Shown: positions 40,425 to 51,165, counted from the whole stretch's first letter. The stretch: DNA of 63,051 nucleotides, filler included, from 7 parts of 7 records of this genome joined end to end with filler, not necessarily neighbours in it; one strand, 5' to 3'. Program-made: numbers and translations. Notes: a model not told the origin generated them from the sequence alone.

Positions 40425-41390
40425 TTAATTGAACTGTTTCAGATAATCTTTGAACTCGGAAACGTTGCTCTTGTCGATAACTTCGGTCTTGGTGTAGGTG
40501 GTCATCTCAACAGACTCACCGCCGATCAGCTTCATAGCGGCCTGTACCCCGAGGATACCCATTTCGGCAGGGAACTGAGCCACAGTACCCACCAGAGCTC
40601 CCTCTTCGATGGCATCGAGAGCCGCGGAGACAGCATCAAATCCGAAGACCTTTACCGAATCGACCTTTCCGGCTTCCTTAACAGCCTGGGCAGCGCCTAG
40701 AGCCATTCCGTCGTTTCCGCAGGATACGAAGGTGATGTCGGGGTTTGCCTGGAGAACGTTCTGAAGAACATTGTATCCCTGCTCCACTTCCCAGTTGGCG
40801 GTCTGCTCGGAAACGATGTCGATACCCTTCACGTTGTCTACGAAACCGTTTCTTCTGTCGGCCGCGTTCTGCTGACCGCTGATTCCTGTCAGGATCGCAA
40901 CCTTGGAACCTTCGATTCCGAGATTCTTCATGGCGTAGTCGGCCCCCATGGCCGCACCGCTGTAGTTATCGGTCCCGATAAAGGGTACGGGCTTGAGACC
41001 GGCGTTCTTAACCATCTCTTCACTGATTCTCGTATCGATATTGATGACGGGGATTCCGGCAGCCTCAGCCTTCTTCAAGGCGACGATAACGGAACTGGAA
41101 GAGCTGGGTACGATACAGATGGCATCAACATGACGCTGAATCATATTCTCAATGATCATCAGCTGCGCATCGGCAGAGCTGTGCGAATCTCCGGCCTGAA
41201 CATTCAGGGTGGCGCCCAGTTTCGCAGCCTCCTTTTCAGCGGCATTGACCATGGTAATGAAATACTCATTGTTCATTGTCATGGGAATGAAACCGATTAC
41301 CGTTTCATCCGGGCCATCCTGCTGTCCATTCGCGAACGAGAAAGACGCAACCATCAAGAGAATCAAAACCAACAATACTGACTTTTTCAT
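40425..41390 (-). CDS. Sugar ABC substrate-binding protein (RbsB-type)
   Basis: Signal peptide ending FANGQQD; NEYF, GTDN, ANW, NDGMALGA, GFD. Confidence 0.93.
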   Translation of the reverse strand: MKKSVLLVLILLMVASFSFANGQQDGPDETVIGFIPMTMNNEYFITMVNAAEKEAAKLGATLNVQAGDSHSSADAQLMIIENMIQRHVDAICIVPSSSSSVIVALKKAEAAGIPVINIDTRISEEMVKNAGLKPVPFIGTDNYSGAAMGADYAMKNLGIEGSKVAILTGISGQQNAADRRNGFVDNVKGIDIVSEQTANWEVEQGYNVLQNVLQANPDITFVSCGNDGMALGAAQAVKEAGKVDSVKVFGFDAVSAALDAIEEGALVGTVAQFPAEMGILGVQAAMKLIGGESVEMTTYTKTEVIDKSNVSEFKDYLKQFN

Positions 41391-41431
41391 AAAAGACTCC
41401 TTTATTTTTTAAACATCTACAAAGTAGATAT

Positions 41432-42391
41432 TCATTTCGATTTGAACCTGTCGAAGAATACGGCTAATACGATAACCACACCGATAATCATCTGCTGCAG
41501 ATAGGAAGAGACATTCATCAGAGTGAGGCCGTTTTTCAGCATACCGATCAGGATGGCCCCCAGAAGGGTTCCCAGGATATTCCCCTGACCGCCGGCCAGA
41601 CTTGTTCCTCCGATAACGGCTGCTGCAATGGCATCCATTTCGAAACCGGAACCGGCCGTAGGCGTGGCATAGTTCAGACGGGCTGTCAGCAGCACGCCGC
41701 CCATACCGGACGCCAGACCGCAGAACACATAAGCCATGGTCTCGTGGAATCTCACATTGATTCCTGAAAGACGTGCCGAATCCCGGTTGCCGCCGATGGC
41801 ATATATATACCGTCCGCCCTTACAGAGGTTCAGATAAACCCAGGCCAATCCGTAGGCTATGACGGTATAGATGATAAATACGGGGATGCCAAGCACGGTT
41901 GAACTGGCCAGAGCCTCATAGCTCAGGGGCAGTTCGGCGATAGGTCTTCCTCCGGTCAGAAAAAGAGCAAGGCCCCGTGCGAACCCCATCATTCCCAGGG
42001 TTGTGATAAAGGCGGGAACATTACCGTAACTGATGATGAAACCATTGGCAAAACCGGCTAACGCTCCCACCAGGATTCCGATGAGAACGCTTATCCCCAC
42101 CGGCATTCCCAGCTTGCTGATTATGATTGCCGAAACCATGGATGACAGGGCGACGACGGAACCGACGCTGAGCTCAATGCCACCGGTCAGAATGACCATT
42201 GTCATACCGATAGCGATGATGGCTACGATCGACGACTGAACCACAATGTTCTTGATATTATTCAGATCGAAGAAATAGCGGCTTGAAAATGAAAATAGAA
42301 TAAAGATCAGAAGGAATCCGATATAAATACCGTTCTTCTCAAGAACGGATACTATTCTATGTTTTCTCTCATTCGATTGCATATATAACAA
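41432..42391 (-). CDS. Sugar ABC permease (RbsC-type)
   Basis: GIELSVGS, PAFITTLG, AIGGN..ARLSGI, AAVIGGTSL.GG.G. Confidence 0.95.
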   Translation of the reverse strand: MLYMQSNERKHRIVSVLEKNGIYIGFLLIFILFSFSSRYFFDLNNIKNIVVQSSIVAIIAIGMTMVILTGGIELSVGSVVALSSMVSAIIISKLGMPVGISVLIGILVGALAGFANGFIISYGNVPAFITTLGMMGFARGLALFLTGGRPIAELPLSYEALASSTVLGIPVFIIYTVIAYGLAWVYLNLCKGGRYIYAIGGNRDSARLSGINVRFHETMAYVFCGLASGMGGVLLTARLNYATPTAGSGFEMDAIAAAVIGGTSLAGGQGNILGTLLGAILIGMLKNGLTLMNVSSYLQQMIIGVVIVLAVFFDRFKSK

Positions 42392-42426
42392 TCCTCCTTA
42401 TTAAATAGCAGTTTTTAAATTGCTTT

Positions 42427-42565
42427 TTACTTGTCTTCCATTGTGATTTCGCTGCAGACCGTTCCGCTGGGTTTGTTGTAGAGCAGAATTGCTTCGGGAT
42501 CGCGCACGCTGATGTTCCCCCGTATTCCTGCGGTCAAAGCTCTGTCGACCATTTCATTTCCACCG
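42427..42565 (-). pseudogene. Truncated class II aldolase/epimerase N-terminus
   Basis: GGNEMVDRALTAGIRGNISVRDPEAILLYNKPSGTVCSEITMEDK*; GNIS.R and KPSG motifs, stop before the Zn-binding histidines. Confidence 0.65.
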
Positions 42566-42665
42566 NNNNNNNNNNNNNNNNNNNNNNNNNNNNNNNNNNN
42601 NNNNNNNNNTTAATTAATTAANNNNNNNNNNNNNNNNNNNNNNNNNNNNNNNNNNNNNNNNNNNN
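42566..42665. other. Artificial contig spacer
   Basis: N run with TTAATTAATTAA. Confidence 0.99.
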
Positions 42666-42836
42666 CACGCTTGGCTCTATTATAATACACACCAATGCAA
42701 CCAGCCAGGCGCCTACTCCAAAGAAAAATATGACCAGTCCCGGCGCCGTTAATTCCAGCAGCAAAAAAACAAGACCAATAATAAACCAGATAAATGACGG
42801 GTCCAGTAACCAGTCCGGCAAACCTTCCATATTCAT
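42666..42836 (-). CDS. NfeD-family membrane protein (3' truncated)
   Basis: WFIIGLVFLLLELTAPGLVIFFFGVGA. Confidence 0.8.
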
Positions 42837-43357
42837 TCTCCCTTTATTCCTGAAGATTATCGTCCCAAATTGTGGTTAAGACGAATCTCACCGGCATTGT
42901 TAATTCCCTGGAAGGGGGATTCCTCTCGGAATGCTTGATTTTCAAAAATAATTATCCGATTAACAACATGGATCCCGCCGCAGGGTGGTTCACTATAAAA
43001 AATCAGAACCAAATGACTTCTCCGGCGGATATGAAACTACTTATTTATTATTTGTATAACTTAATACCGTAAGTGATTCAATAATCAAATTCCTGCCCCT
43101 TTATGAGTGATTATTTTATTAAAAGTCAATTTATAATACATTTCAATGTTAATTTCATACTAAGACTATCATGGATTCAGTACAAAATGCGAATAATGAG
43201 CTTTTATTTTAATCCACGGCTGAGTCGGCATGGAATTAAACTCTTTTTAATGAATTGAATACCTCATTGATCCTGCCGATAAAATGCCTGTGCTTCCTCG
43301 GCTGTAATTTGAGTATTGCCTGTAAATCAAAATGGATGGATTGAAAATAATTCGGAC

Positions 43358-43945
43358 TTAGAAGCCGGTTCCGAAATTCTGGATGGGTTTGGTCCGCCAC
43401 TTGATTTCCCGAATCGTGATCTCCGCCGACCCCTGAATGGCTCTGAAGCTTATTTTTGAGCAATTGTTATTATTGTTGCATGTTCCCCGGGATTTCCAGA
43501 AATCCGAAATCCAGAATTCGACCGGGTGTCTGATATCATTATTATACCAGGCGGGCTTCATATCCCTCAGGGAAGTAGGATTGCTGCCGAGCATCAGCAC
43601 GCCTGCCGGACTGTCCAACGGGCTGATTGAGACGAAGAGGTCGGATTGGTTGGTCATTGTAAACGTTACTATTTCGGGGTAGGTTGCGCGCACGGTGCTC
43701 ATTAGATACACTTGCCCCTTTACGGCCGTAGTGCCGTGGAACGAGCGGTTCCGTCGGGATATATAGTCTCTTTCAGTGTAGTGGATGCCTTTGCGGGGAT
43801 CGCCGAATTGTTGGATGTCATTTTCGGCATTGGCTGTTCCGGTCTGGATAACGGCAAGCGTAAAAGCGCTGAAAAATATAGCGATGAACTTATTAAAGGC
43901 CGGGCGAAGCGGCCGGGGCAATTTTATACGGAAGACGCTGCTCAT
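43358..43945 (-). CDS. Hypothetical secreted protein (start uncertain)
   Basis: Signal-peptide-like FIAIFFSAFTLAVIQTGTANA; downstream of EPS genes. Confidence 0.5.
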   Translation of the reverse strand: MSSVFRIKLPRPLRPAFNKFIAIFFSAFTLAVIQTGTANAENDIQQFGDPRKGIHYTERDYISRRNRSFHGTTAVKGQVYLMSTVRATYPEIVTFTMTNQSDLFVSISPLDSPAGVLMLGSNPTSLRDMKPAWYNNDIRHPVEFWISDFWKSRGTCNNNNNCSKISFRAIQGSAEITIREIKWRTKPIQNFGTGF

Positions 43946-44043
43946 ACGTGCAATATAGCAATGACCGGCCAAAATGGCAATATGCGTTCCCGGGCGCCTG
44001 TGTAACAAAAGAATCGCCTTTCTAAAAGGAGAGCCGAGCTGTT

Positions 44044-45486
44044 TCAATACGCCCCTTTCTCGGTCAGCACTACCACGGCGGTCAGCAGGAGTATTTTTAG
44101 GTCCATAAGCATCGACCAATTGTGAACATATTCCAGGTCCAGTTTCATCCATTCTTCGAAGTTTAATCTTGAGCGACCCGAAACCTGCCATATGCAGGTG
44201 ATGCCCGGTTTAACGCTGAAGCGCATGCGGTGGCTATTATTATAGAACCGTTCGAAATCCCTCACCGGCAGGGGCCGCGGTCCGACCAGGCTCATGGTTC
44301 CCAATAACACGTTCATGAACTGGGGGATCTCATCCAGGCTGGTTCGGCGTAAGAAAGCCCCAATCCTGGTTGTCCTCGGGTCGAATACCATCTTGAACGC
44401 GGCGCCGTCGTATTCGTTTTCAACTTCAAGATCGGCCTGCATTTTTTCCGCGTCTTTTATCATGGAGCGGAATTTAAACACCCTGAAGCGTCTTTTATTG
44501 AGGCCGATTCTCTCCTGGCAATAGAAAATCGGCCATCCGTCATCCAGGAGTATCAATATCGATACGATGAGGAAAACCGGGGCCAAAACAATGAGAGCGC
44601 AGAGAGAGAGGATGACGTCCATTAGCCGTTTCAGTTCATATTGCAATTCGGTGTGCGGACTAGTCAGGTAATTGAGAAAATTCTTGTCCGATATTCTGCC
44701 GAACCTGAAGACGGTATGGGTCGGCAAATCGAAAAGCTCGGACAGCTGCCAGACTTGAACGCCCTGTGCGGCGCACTGGTTGATGATTTTGTGAATTTCA
44801 TCGTACCGGCTTCTGACCGGCAAAGCCAAAAGGACCTGGTCAACCGGGTTCCTGGATATATAGTCGCCGAAATCCTTCAGTTCTCCCAGATAAGTCGGTT
44901 CCGATCCGGAATGCCGAAACTGCATGGTCCACTGCCGATCATCAAAATATCCTTGAATATCAAGTCCTAATCCGGACCCTTTCAAGCGGCGCCACATGGC
45001 CAGAGACCGGCTGTTCAATCCGACGATTACAAGGTTGCGCAGATTTCGGCCGGCGGCCCGGACAAAGTAAAGAATCATGAAAATCAAGGCCCTGAAGGAC
45101 AGGAAGAACGGGATGGCAATGCTCCATATTAGCACCGGGAATGAGTTCCAATTTATTTGGACGCCCATCAGTAATGTCGCCAACATGGATATTCCCACGC
45201 CCAGGGTGCAGGACACGAATATTCTGGTCAGAATTTTCCAGCCTTCAAAATATCGAAAATTGTAGTTGCCTGCCAATATGAATATATAACGCCAGATCAA
45301 GGCGATGACGACCAGATAGACGGCTATATCGGCCGGCAGGTGTATTTGCGAAAGCGGGAGCAACTTCGAGGAAGTTAAGGGGCTTGTGGATTCCCTGGCG
45401 TACACCACAATGGCCGCAATGGCGACCATGTCCAGAAGTTGAATGAAACTAAGGGCCAGGCGGGATTTCAATCGTGACTGAAACAT
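44044..45486 (-). CDS. Priming sugar transferase (WcaJ-like polyprenyl-phosphate glycosylphosphotransferase)
   Basis: TMs, CoA-binding-like region, KRLMD, FKFRSM, DEIPQF, MSLVGPRP, KPGITCIWQV. Confidence 0.93.
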   Translation of the reverse strand: MFQSRLKSRLALSFIQLLDMVAIAAIVVYARESTSPLTSSKLLPLSQIHLPADIAVYLVVIALIWRYIFILAGNYNFRYFEGWKILTRIFVSCTLGVGISMLATLLMGVQINWNSFPVLIWSIAIPFFLSFRALIFMILYFVRAAGRNLRNLVIVGLNSRSLAMWRRLKGSGLGLDIQGYFDDRQWTMQFRHSGSEPTYLGELKDFGDYISRNPVDQVLLALPVRSRYDEIHKIINQCAAQGVQVWQLSELFDLPTHTVFRFGRISDKNFLNYLTSPHTELQYELKRLMDVILSLCALIVLAPVFLIVSILILLDDGWPIFYCQERIGLNKRRFRVFKFRSMIKDAEKMQADLEVENEYDGAAFKMVFDPRTTRIGAFLRRTSLDEIPQFMNVLLGTMSLVGPRPLPVRDFERFYNNSHRMRFSVKPGITCIWQVSGRSRLNFEEWMKLDLEYVHNWSMLMDLKILLLTAVVVLTEKGAY

Positions 45487-45876
45487 TTTAGTTGTCTTAC
45501 CGTCGGCCGGAGAAGGTATTGAGGTGAATGCACGTTTTTAGGGACCATCTGACCGCTGACTTGCCGGTTCCCCTGGTTAATTTTTTTTTCCTTAATAAAT
45601 ACGACATTTAGCTCCATTCATGATGTGTCTGTAGTGATTCCCCTGTTGCGGATCCCTGAAGCCTATTGGGGATGCACCAGGAGTTATGGAATTCATCCGG
45701 GAAGAATCTGAATTTGAATCTGCGTGACCTCTGGGCCTTTTTTATGGTTTTTTTCGGCGGAATGTTAACCACGGGCGCATCCAGCACGAAAAGTCACCAG
45801 GTTGGTTTTACAATGAACTCCCATTCTAATCTTTTCCAATGTCTGAATCTGGAGCAGAAGCATTCCCGATGCCAGG

Positions 45877-46929
45877 CTAACCCGCTTTTGAGTTGTGGGT
45901 AAATCTGGCCATTTCCTCGAATATATCATCAACGGCTCTCGTAATCGACCATTCGGGCAGATTTTTTTGTAGGGCGGTCAGATCCGAATAATAGCAGATG
46001 TGATCGCCGATACGGTTTTGATCCGAATAGACCCAGTCAATTTTCAGGTTAAGAAGCTGTTCAACCCTGTCGATGGATTCGAGGATTGAAACACTGTTGT
46101 CTTTGCCGCCGCCCAGGTTATAGACGGCGCCGCAACTCGGATTTTTGTAAAAAGCGTCAAACGCGCCGACAACGTCGGCGCTGTGGATCTGATCCCTGAC
46201 CTGTTTGCCCTCGTAACCAAAAATGGTATATCGTTTGCCTGTTTGGGCCGCCTTGAAAAAGTAGGACAGAAAACCGTGGAGTTCGGCGCCTGAATGACCG
46301 GGGCCGGTCAGGCAGCCTCCACGGAAGGAGACGGTTTTCATGTTAAAGTAACGGCCGTATTCCTGGACCATGATATCGGCCGCCGCCTTGCCTGCTCCGA
46401 ACAGGCTGTGCAGGCATTGATCCAGGCTAAAGGTTTCCGGGATGCCTTTTTCGTAAGCCGGGTCGTCATAATCCCAGCGACTGCCCAGGTCCTTCAACTT
46501 TATCCGGTTGGGCCCGTCTCCATATACCTTGTTGGTGCTCATAAAAATAAACACGGTTTCCGGTGCGTGAAGCCTTGCCGCTTCCAGGAGGTTGAGCGTG
46601 CCCACAGCGTTGACGTCGAAATCGGTAAAGGGCATTTTCGCCGCCAGGTCGTGTGACGGCTGGGCCGCGCAGTGGATGATCAGGTCCGGTTGAAATTCCT
46701 CGACGATCTGAATGATCTTCGTCCTGTCTCGAATGTCGGCGTTCAAGTGACGGTAGTTGGCGCAGTCTGCCTGGAGTTTTCCGAGCCGCCAGGTCGTGTC
46801 TCCATCCGGACCGAAGAATTCGGCCCGCATGTTATTGTCAATCCCCAAAACCGTTTCGGCCCTGCGGTCGTAATATTCGGCGGCTTCGGCGCCGATCAGG
46901 CCGCAACTGCCTGTAATCATAACTTTCAT
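45877..46929 (-). CDS. NAD-dependent epimerase (CDP-paratose 2-epimerase-like)
   Basis: [31 protein letters not shown]. Confidence 0.88.
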   Translation of the reverse strand: MKVMITGSCGLIGAEAAEYYDRRAETVLGIDNNMRAEFFGPDGDTTWRLGKLQADCANYRHLNADIRDRTKIIQIVEEFQPDLIIHCAAQPSHDLAAKMPFTDFDVNAVGTLNLLEAARLHAPETVFIFMSTNKVYGDGPNRIKLKDLGSRWDYDDPAYEKGIPETFSLDQCLHSLFGAGKAAADIMVQEYGRYFNMKTVSFRGGCLTGPGHSGAELHGFLSYFFKAAQTGKRYTIFGYEGKQVRDQIHSADVVGAFDAFYKNPSCGAVYNLGGGKDNSVSILESIDRVEQLLNLKIDWVYSDQNRIGDHICYYSDLTALQKNLPEWSITRAVDDIFEEMARFTHNSKAG

Positions 46930-46936
46930 TTACTAA

Positions 46937-47737
46937 TCAGTTCTCCTTGTTGTCCTGAAAGGAATCCGCTCGGACGTATTTTCTTATCCCGGCGAGTTGC
47001 AGAATCAGCTTGCCGCAAAAAATAGTGTTGGTAGCCAGGTATCGTTTCCAGAGGCGCCGGGGCTCCTGAATCAACCGGTATAGCCATTCAAGGCTTAACC
47101 GCTGCATCCAGGCCGGGGCCATTTTTTTATTACCGGCGTGGAAATCGAAGGCCGCGCCCACGCAAATTTGGACGGCCATTATCCTGCCTAGATGGGTGAA
47201 GGCGAATTTTTCCTGCAAAGGGCACCCCAGTCCGATAAAAACCACTCCCGCTCCACTGCTGTTAATACGGCTTACAAGCGCCTCGTCTTCTTCCTCGGTC
47301 AGGGGACGAAAAACCGATGGTTCCGCTCCCGCAATCTTGAGCCCGGGGAAACGGGTTGTGAGGCTTGCGGCCATATTATCCACCACTTCCGGACGGCTGC
47401 CGTAAAGGTAAACGCCAATCCCTTTTTCGGCCGCGGCCTTGCAGACGCGAAGGGTGAATTCCGGACCATAGCATCGGTCGGGCAGGCCGGTGCTGTACAA
47501 CCAGTTGAGCGCCATGCGGACGGGTTGGCCGTCCGGGGCCACAATGTTGAAATGGTCGAGTTGTTCGGCAAAGTCCGGGTCTTGAGATCCTTCAACCAGG
47601 CCGTGAACCGCAAGATGGGTAACGCAGGCCGATATCTTCGCCCGGGCTGCTTTTTCCACTGCTTCCAATGCCGTGTCGTACGTGGCTGCACTGACATTAA
47701 CGCCGATGACGTTATGTTTTTCAGGCCAGGCAATCAT
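46937..47737 (-). CDS. WecB/TagA/CpsF glycosyltransferase
   Basis: PDGQP, GLGCPLQE, VGAAFDF, AP.WMQ..LEWLYRL..EPRRLWKRY. Confidence 0.93.
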   Translation of the reverse strand: MIAWPEKHNVIGVNVSAATYDTALEAVEKAARAKISACVTHLAVHGLVEGSQDPDFAEQLDHFNIVAPDGQPVRMALNWLYSTGLPDRCYGPEFTLRVCKAAAEKGIGVYLYGSRPEVVDNMAASLTTRFPGLKIAGAEPSVFRPLTEEEDEALVSRINSSGAGVVFIGLGCPLQEKFAFTHLGRIMAVQICVGAAFDFHAGNKKMAPAWMQRLSLEWLYRLIQEPRRLWKRYLATNTIFCGKLILQLAGIRKYVRADSFQDNKEN

Positions 47738-47752
47738 CTGGATGAAAAGCTG

Positions 47753-49084
47753 CTATTGAGGCGGGTGGTATTCATATGCGCCGATGTCCGGCTTCCGGCC
47801 GTAGGGAACGGGCCGGCCGTCCAGGTCGAGGTTATAGTCGAGATTAATGGCGGCGTCAACAGCCGGGCTGTCTTTTTGCAAGCGATAATCGCCCGATTTT
47901 AAGTCCACAAATAGGGGAGGGCGCCTCTTTTCACCAGGGCCGGGAGGAAACCCGAGTTCGGCGTCCGGTCGGCCTAAAAAGTAAAGGTTATATTCGTGGA
48001 TTAATTTTCGGCCATGCCGCTCCGTATCCGCGACAAACCAGAAATTTTTCAAGAAAAAAATGTTATTGCGCACTTGTATGGCGGACGGATCCGGTTGACC
48101 GGAAAATCCGAACGCATAGTATTCGGTCTTGTTGCGTTTAACCGTATCGACCACCGTGTTGTTTTCAAATCGTAATTCGCTCACATTGGCCGCGAATTTT
48201 CCGTCCAGGTGAATGTCAAAAAAGATCCTGTTATTGACCGATAAATTATAGGCAACTACATTATTGCGAACGAATTGTGAAGCCCGCGCCCCGACTTCCA
48301 GAAAACCTTCACAATTAAAAGCTTGATTATGGTGGATATAGTTGCCGTCAACATTGTATTTATCCGCGTAAATTTCCACGGCCCCGCCGTCTTGGCCGTA
48401 ATCATGGCTTGGGGCGCGGCAGTTTTCGAAACGATTGTAGGCGATTTCATTGAACCCGTTGGACAGCCAGACGCCTACGGCGCCGTAATCATCATCACTG
48501 CCCGGAGTGTTGACGATCAGGTGGAGGTCATGAATATGGTTTTCGACTATGCGATTGTTGCGTCCGGCAACCAGAATCCCTATTCCAACGTCCACTGCTT
48601 TGCAATCTTTTATCAAATTATGGGCCGCTTCCGGCTCGATAACAAAGCCGGCTTCAAAAGAGCCCTTGGCGGCCAGGCCTTCTACAACTATATAGCTGCC
48701 CACTATTTTAACGGACTCGCCCCAGTCTTCGTCTTCGGCTGTAAATACGGGTTTTGGTCCCTGGCCGTATGCAGTAAATGTAATGGGCGAATTTTCCTGC
48801 CCTGAATTCCTGATTTCCAACACAACCGTTTTACCGGTCCATACGCCGCCGCGGCGGAAGTGGATTTTGTCGCCCGGCCGAAAAACAGCGGAGTTCACTT
48901 TTGCCGCAGTTTTCCAGGCGTCTTCCAGGGATAGACCAGTGTTAATATCTTCTCCGTTCTTGGAGTCGACGTAATAGTTCGCTGCCTGGGTGGTTTGGTA
49001 AAGTATAAACGTGGAGGCTAAAACCATAACAGCCAAAATGGAGATGTTTATGACGCGCGGCTTTACAGATATATTCAGAGGCAT
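47753..49084 (-). CDS. Secreted right-handed beta-helix protein (polysaccharide lyase-like, choice-of-anchor Q tail)
   Basis: YYVDS..G.D.N.G, PGD.I.F.RG, N-rich repeats, SPAVDAA...DIGAYEY. Confidence 0.82.
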   Translation of the reverse strand: MPLNISVKPRVINISILAVMVLASTFILYQTTQAANYYVDSKNGEDINTGLSLEDAWKTAAKVNSAVFRPGDKIHFRRGGVWTGKTVVLEIRNSGQENSPITFTAYGQGPKPVFTAEDEDWGESVKIVGSYIVVEGLAAKGSFEAGFVIEPEAAHNLIKDCKAVDVGIGILVAGRNNRIVENHIHDLHLIVNTPGSDDDYGAVGVWLSNGFNEIAYNRFENCRAPSHDYGQDGGAVEIYADKYNVDGNYIHHNQAFNCEGFLEVGARASQFVRNNVVAYNLSVNNRIFFDIHLDGKFAANVSELRFENNTVVDTVKRNKTEYYAFGFSGQPDPSAIQVRNNIFFLKNFWFVADTERHGRKLIHEYNLYFLGRPDAELGFPPGPGEKRRPPLFVDLKSGDYRLQKDSPAVDAAINLDYNLDLDGRPVPYGRKPDIGAYEYHPPQ

Positions 49085-49269
49085 AAAATTCTAACGCTAT
49101 GGTTTATATTTCTTGTCTTTATTGCATAAATAGCTAAAAAGAACAATACATATTGCGAATTTCATGACAGGACGCGGCTCTTTTGTTCGTCATCTCCGGC
49201 TTTGCGAACCAGGGCCCCCTATGATATATGCTTTAAAGGAACTTAAGAGCGAAACGGAATGCAATTGTA

Positions 49270-49407
49270 ATGGAGCGGCGCGAAACGGAAATAGCACTGA
49301 GGCCTTTTCCTCACCCATATAGGGCGGCTTTGGCGATCTGCTCGGATATAGACAACTGTGATTGGAAAACTTTCGCAGCCGTACACCGGTTTGTAAACGA
49401 TCCAGTC
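49270..49407 (+). CDS. Hypothetical protein N-terminus (3' truncated)
   Basis: LRPFPHPYRAALAICSDID; divergent from EPS genes. Confidence 0.55.
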
Positions 49408-49507
49408 NNNNNNNNNNNNNNNNNNNNNNNNNNNNNNNNNNNNNNNNNNNNTTAATTAATTAANNNNNNNNNNNNNNNNNNNNNNNNNNNNNNNNNNNNN
49501 NNNNNNN
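49408..49507. other. Artificial contig spacer
   Basis: N run with TTAATTAATTAA. Confidence 0.99.
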
Positions 49508-49556
49508 ATGGAAAAAGCAGCTTAGGAAAAGTGTCCATTTTTACTTGACCACATCA
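49508..49556 (+). mobile_element. Right end of an IS3-family element
   Basis: ...MEKAA* transposase-like tail then GTGTCCATTTTTACTTGACCACATCA; reverse complement TGATGTGGTCAAGTAAAAATGGACAC resembles IS911-type terminal IRs; at contig break. Confidence 0.72.
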
Positions 49557-49778
49557 ATGTAATGTTTCCGCTTTTTTTATTATATATTGAGACATTAATG
49601 CTTGAACTTTATCTTCATTTAATCGTAATTCAAATTCATATTCTGGATCCATCATGAACACCCCTGGGTGCTCTTCGGGATCTGGCTTAAAAGGCTCGAC
49701 ATCTTTGAAATTTTTATGAATTTGCTCTTTCTCTTTATGAAGCGTTCTTAGCTCTATCCAATATGTAATGATATTCAT
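49554..49778 (-). pseudogene. Array ORF interrupted by the IS3-like end
   Basis: MNIITYW...KKAETLH*; its TGA is the first three bases of the IS terminal repeat. Confidence 0.6.
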
Positions 49779-49807
49779 CCCCGGCGAATCCCCTATTTTG
49801 GTGCACA

Positions 49808-50167
49808 TTAATCAAATTCAATTGAATCCCATGGATATCCAAAAACAGCTAATACAGATCCTCTCCAAAGAACTTCTTCATCACGGCCAAAAGCTACGCC
49901 ATCTGGGAGAAAGCTATCTCCAGGAATCCAATCATCTTTATTTACAGCTAAAACATTCAACCATGGTAATCCATGTTTTCGGCAGATACTATCCCGGATG
50001 AAGCCTAAAGGGTAATTCAAGCTAACTGGGGCAATCTCTCTGTTCTCTGCCTGTCCGATTGCAGCTGCGATTTCACCGTATGTTTCAACCCTCATTTTTT
50101 TTGCCAAGACCTTTAAATGTTCAAAGACCGCTTGACTGTTCTTAGGTGCGTTGTCCCATATTGACAT
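49808..50167 (-). CDS. Hypothetical protein, wHTH-like
   Basis: RBS AGGAGG; TYGEIA...LGFI..C...GLPWL.VLAVNK...PG..F pattern. Confidence 0.7.
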   Translation of the reverse strand: MSIWDNAPKNSQAVFEHLKVLAKKMRVETYGEIAAAIGQAENREIAPVSLNYPLGFIRDSICRKHGLPWLNVLAVNKDDWIPGDSFLPDGVAFGRDEEVLWRGSVLAVFGYPWDSIEFD

Positions 50168-50217
50168 TGCCTGAAATCCTCCTATAGATCTGGCCGGATC
50201 TGCCGGGCCGGTGTCCC

Positions 50218-50601
50218 TTATTTTGGTGCATTTTTTTTAAACTGTTTCCAGCTTTCTTTTAGTAAAATATCCCATACCTCTTCTGGGTGGATTCCGCTAA
50301 ACCATTCTCTTCGGTATGAATAATCTTTTTCATATTGGTAATCACTCATTAAACCCAAACCCATATCTCTTAGCCGTTCATGTACTTTCGACTCAACTAA
50401 TTTTGCATCATCTTCACTTTTCAACTTAAATCCAAAAGGACCAGTTGGGTATCTTGGGTAGTCAGGGGTCCTGAGTGCTCTCGGATTTCCAGCCTGTAAT
50501 TCTTTTAGACGCCTTAGAGGATTTCTTGAATAACCTACTTTACAAAAGTAAGGTTCTTCTGCTGGAGACTCATAAATTACATAGACATAGCATGATGGCA
50601 T
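50218..50601 (-). CDS. GIY-YIG-like (T5orf172/MUG113) protein
   Basis: YVYVI...KVGYSRNP.RRLKELQAGNP...ESKVH..L...REWF. Confidence 0.78.
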   Translation of the reverse strand: MPSCYVYVIYESPAEEPYFCKVGYSRNPLRRLKELQAGNPRALRTPDYPRYPTGPFGFKLKSEDDAKLVESKVHERLRDMGLGLMSDYQYEKDYSYRREWFSGIHPEEVWDILLKESWKQFKKNAPK

Positions 50602-50617
50602 TTAATTGTGCAGTCCC

Positions 50618-50899
50618 CTATTCTGCTTCAATAATTTTCAGATTTTGAAGGGTTTGAAAAATATTGATTTCAAGCAAGAATGTTAAAATCTCGCTATCGT
50701 TATCTTTAGTTCTGGGAATAGAAAAATAACTATCAGATGTTGCTATTTCTACCGTTTTATAAGTTCCGCCAGATGGCTGTGATATATCACCGGTCGTTCC
50801 AATATTTAGATGTTCACGTGACCCTATTTTTTTTATCTCTGAGTAAAGAATTTTTTGTTCATCGTCATTATCATCCGTTACAGTCAAAACTCCATCCAT
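50618..50899 (-). CDS. Hypothetical protein
   Basis: 93 aa; RBS AAGGA from upstream repeat; ends in repeat. Confidence 0.62.
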   Translation of the reverse strand: MDGVLTVTDDNDDEQKILYSEIKKIGSREHLNIGTTGDISQPSGGTYKTVEIATSDSYFSIPRTKDNDSEILTFLLEINIFQTLQNLKIIEAE

Positions 50900-50910
50900 A
50901 TTGCTTTCCT

Positions 50911-51165
50911 TTATTTTGTTTCAAGGTCATCAACCATTTGTTGGCCCTTCTCAGATATTTTAATCTGGTCATACTCTGGAACAGAATAGGTCCTTGATTG
51001 GGGATGTGGCTTTTTAATCATGCTTAATGCAAACAATTCTTCTACAAATAAATCCAATTTTTTATTAGATAGTTCGATATTCATTTCACTTATAATATCC
51101 AAAGGATTCATGGCCACGTTTTTTGCCAATATTTGCATAAATTGCTTTATCTGCGCTTCTGTCAT
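50911..51165 (-). CDS. Hypothetical protein (possible wHTH)
   Basis: 84 aa; RBS AAGGAG; ISEKG..M C-terminal pattern; ends in repeat. Confidence 0.65.
   Translation of the reverse strand: MTEAQIKQFMQILAKNVAMNPLDIISEMNIELSNKKLDLFVEELFALSMIKKPHPQSRTYSVPEYDQIKISEKGQQMVDDLETK

Noticed and set aside
43946-44191. N-terminal extension of the 277-aa ORF
   Set aside because: Overlaps the sugar transferase on the same strand and looks non-coding; a later start is more plausible.
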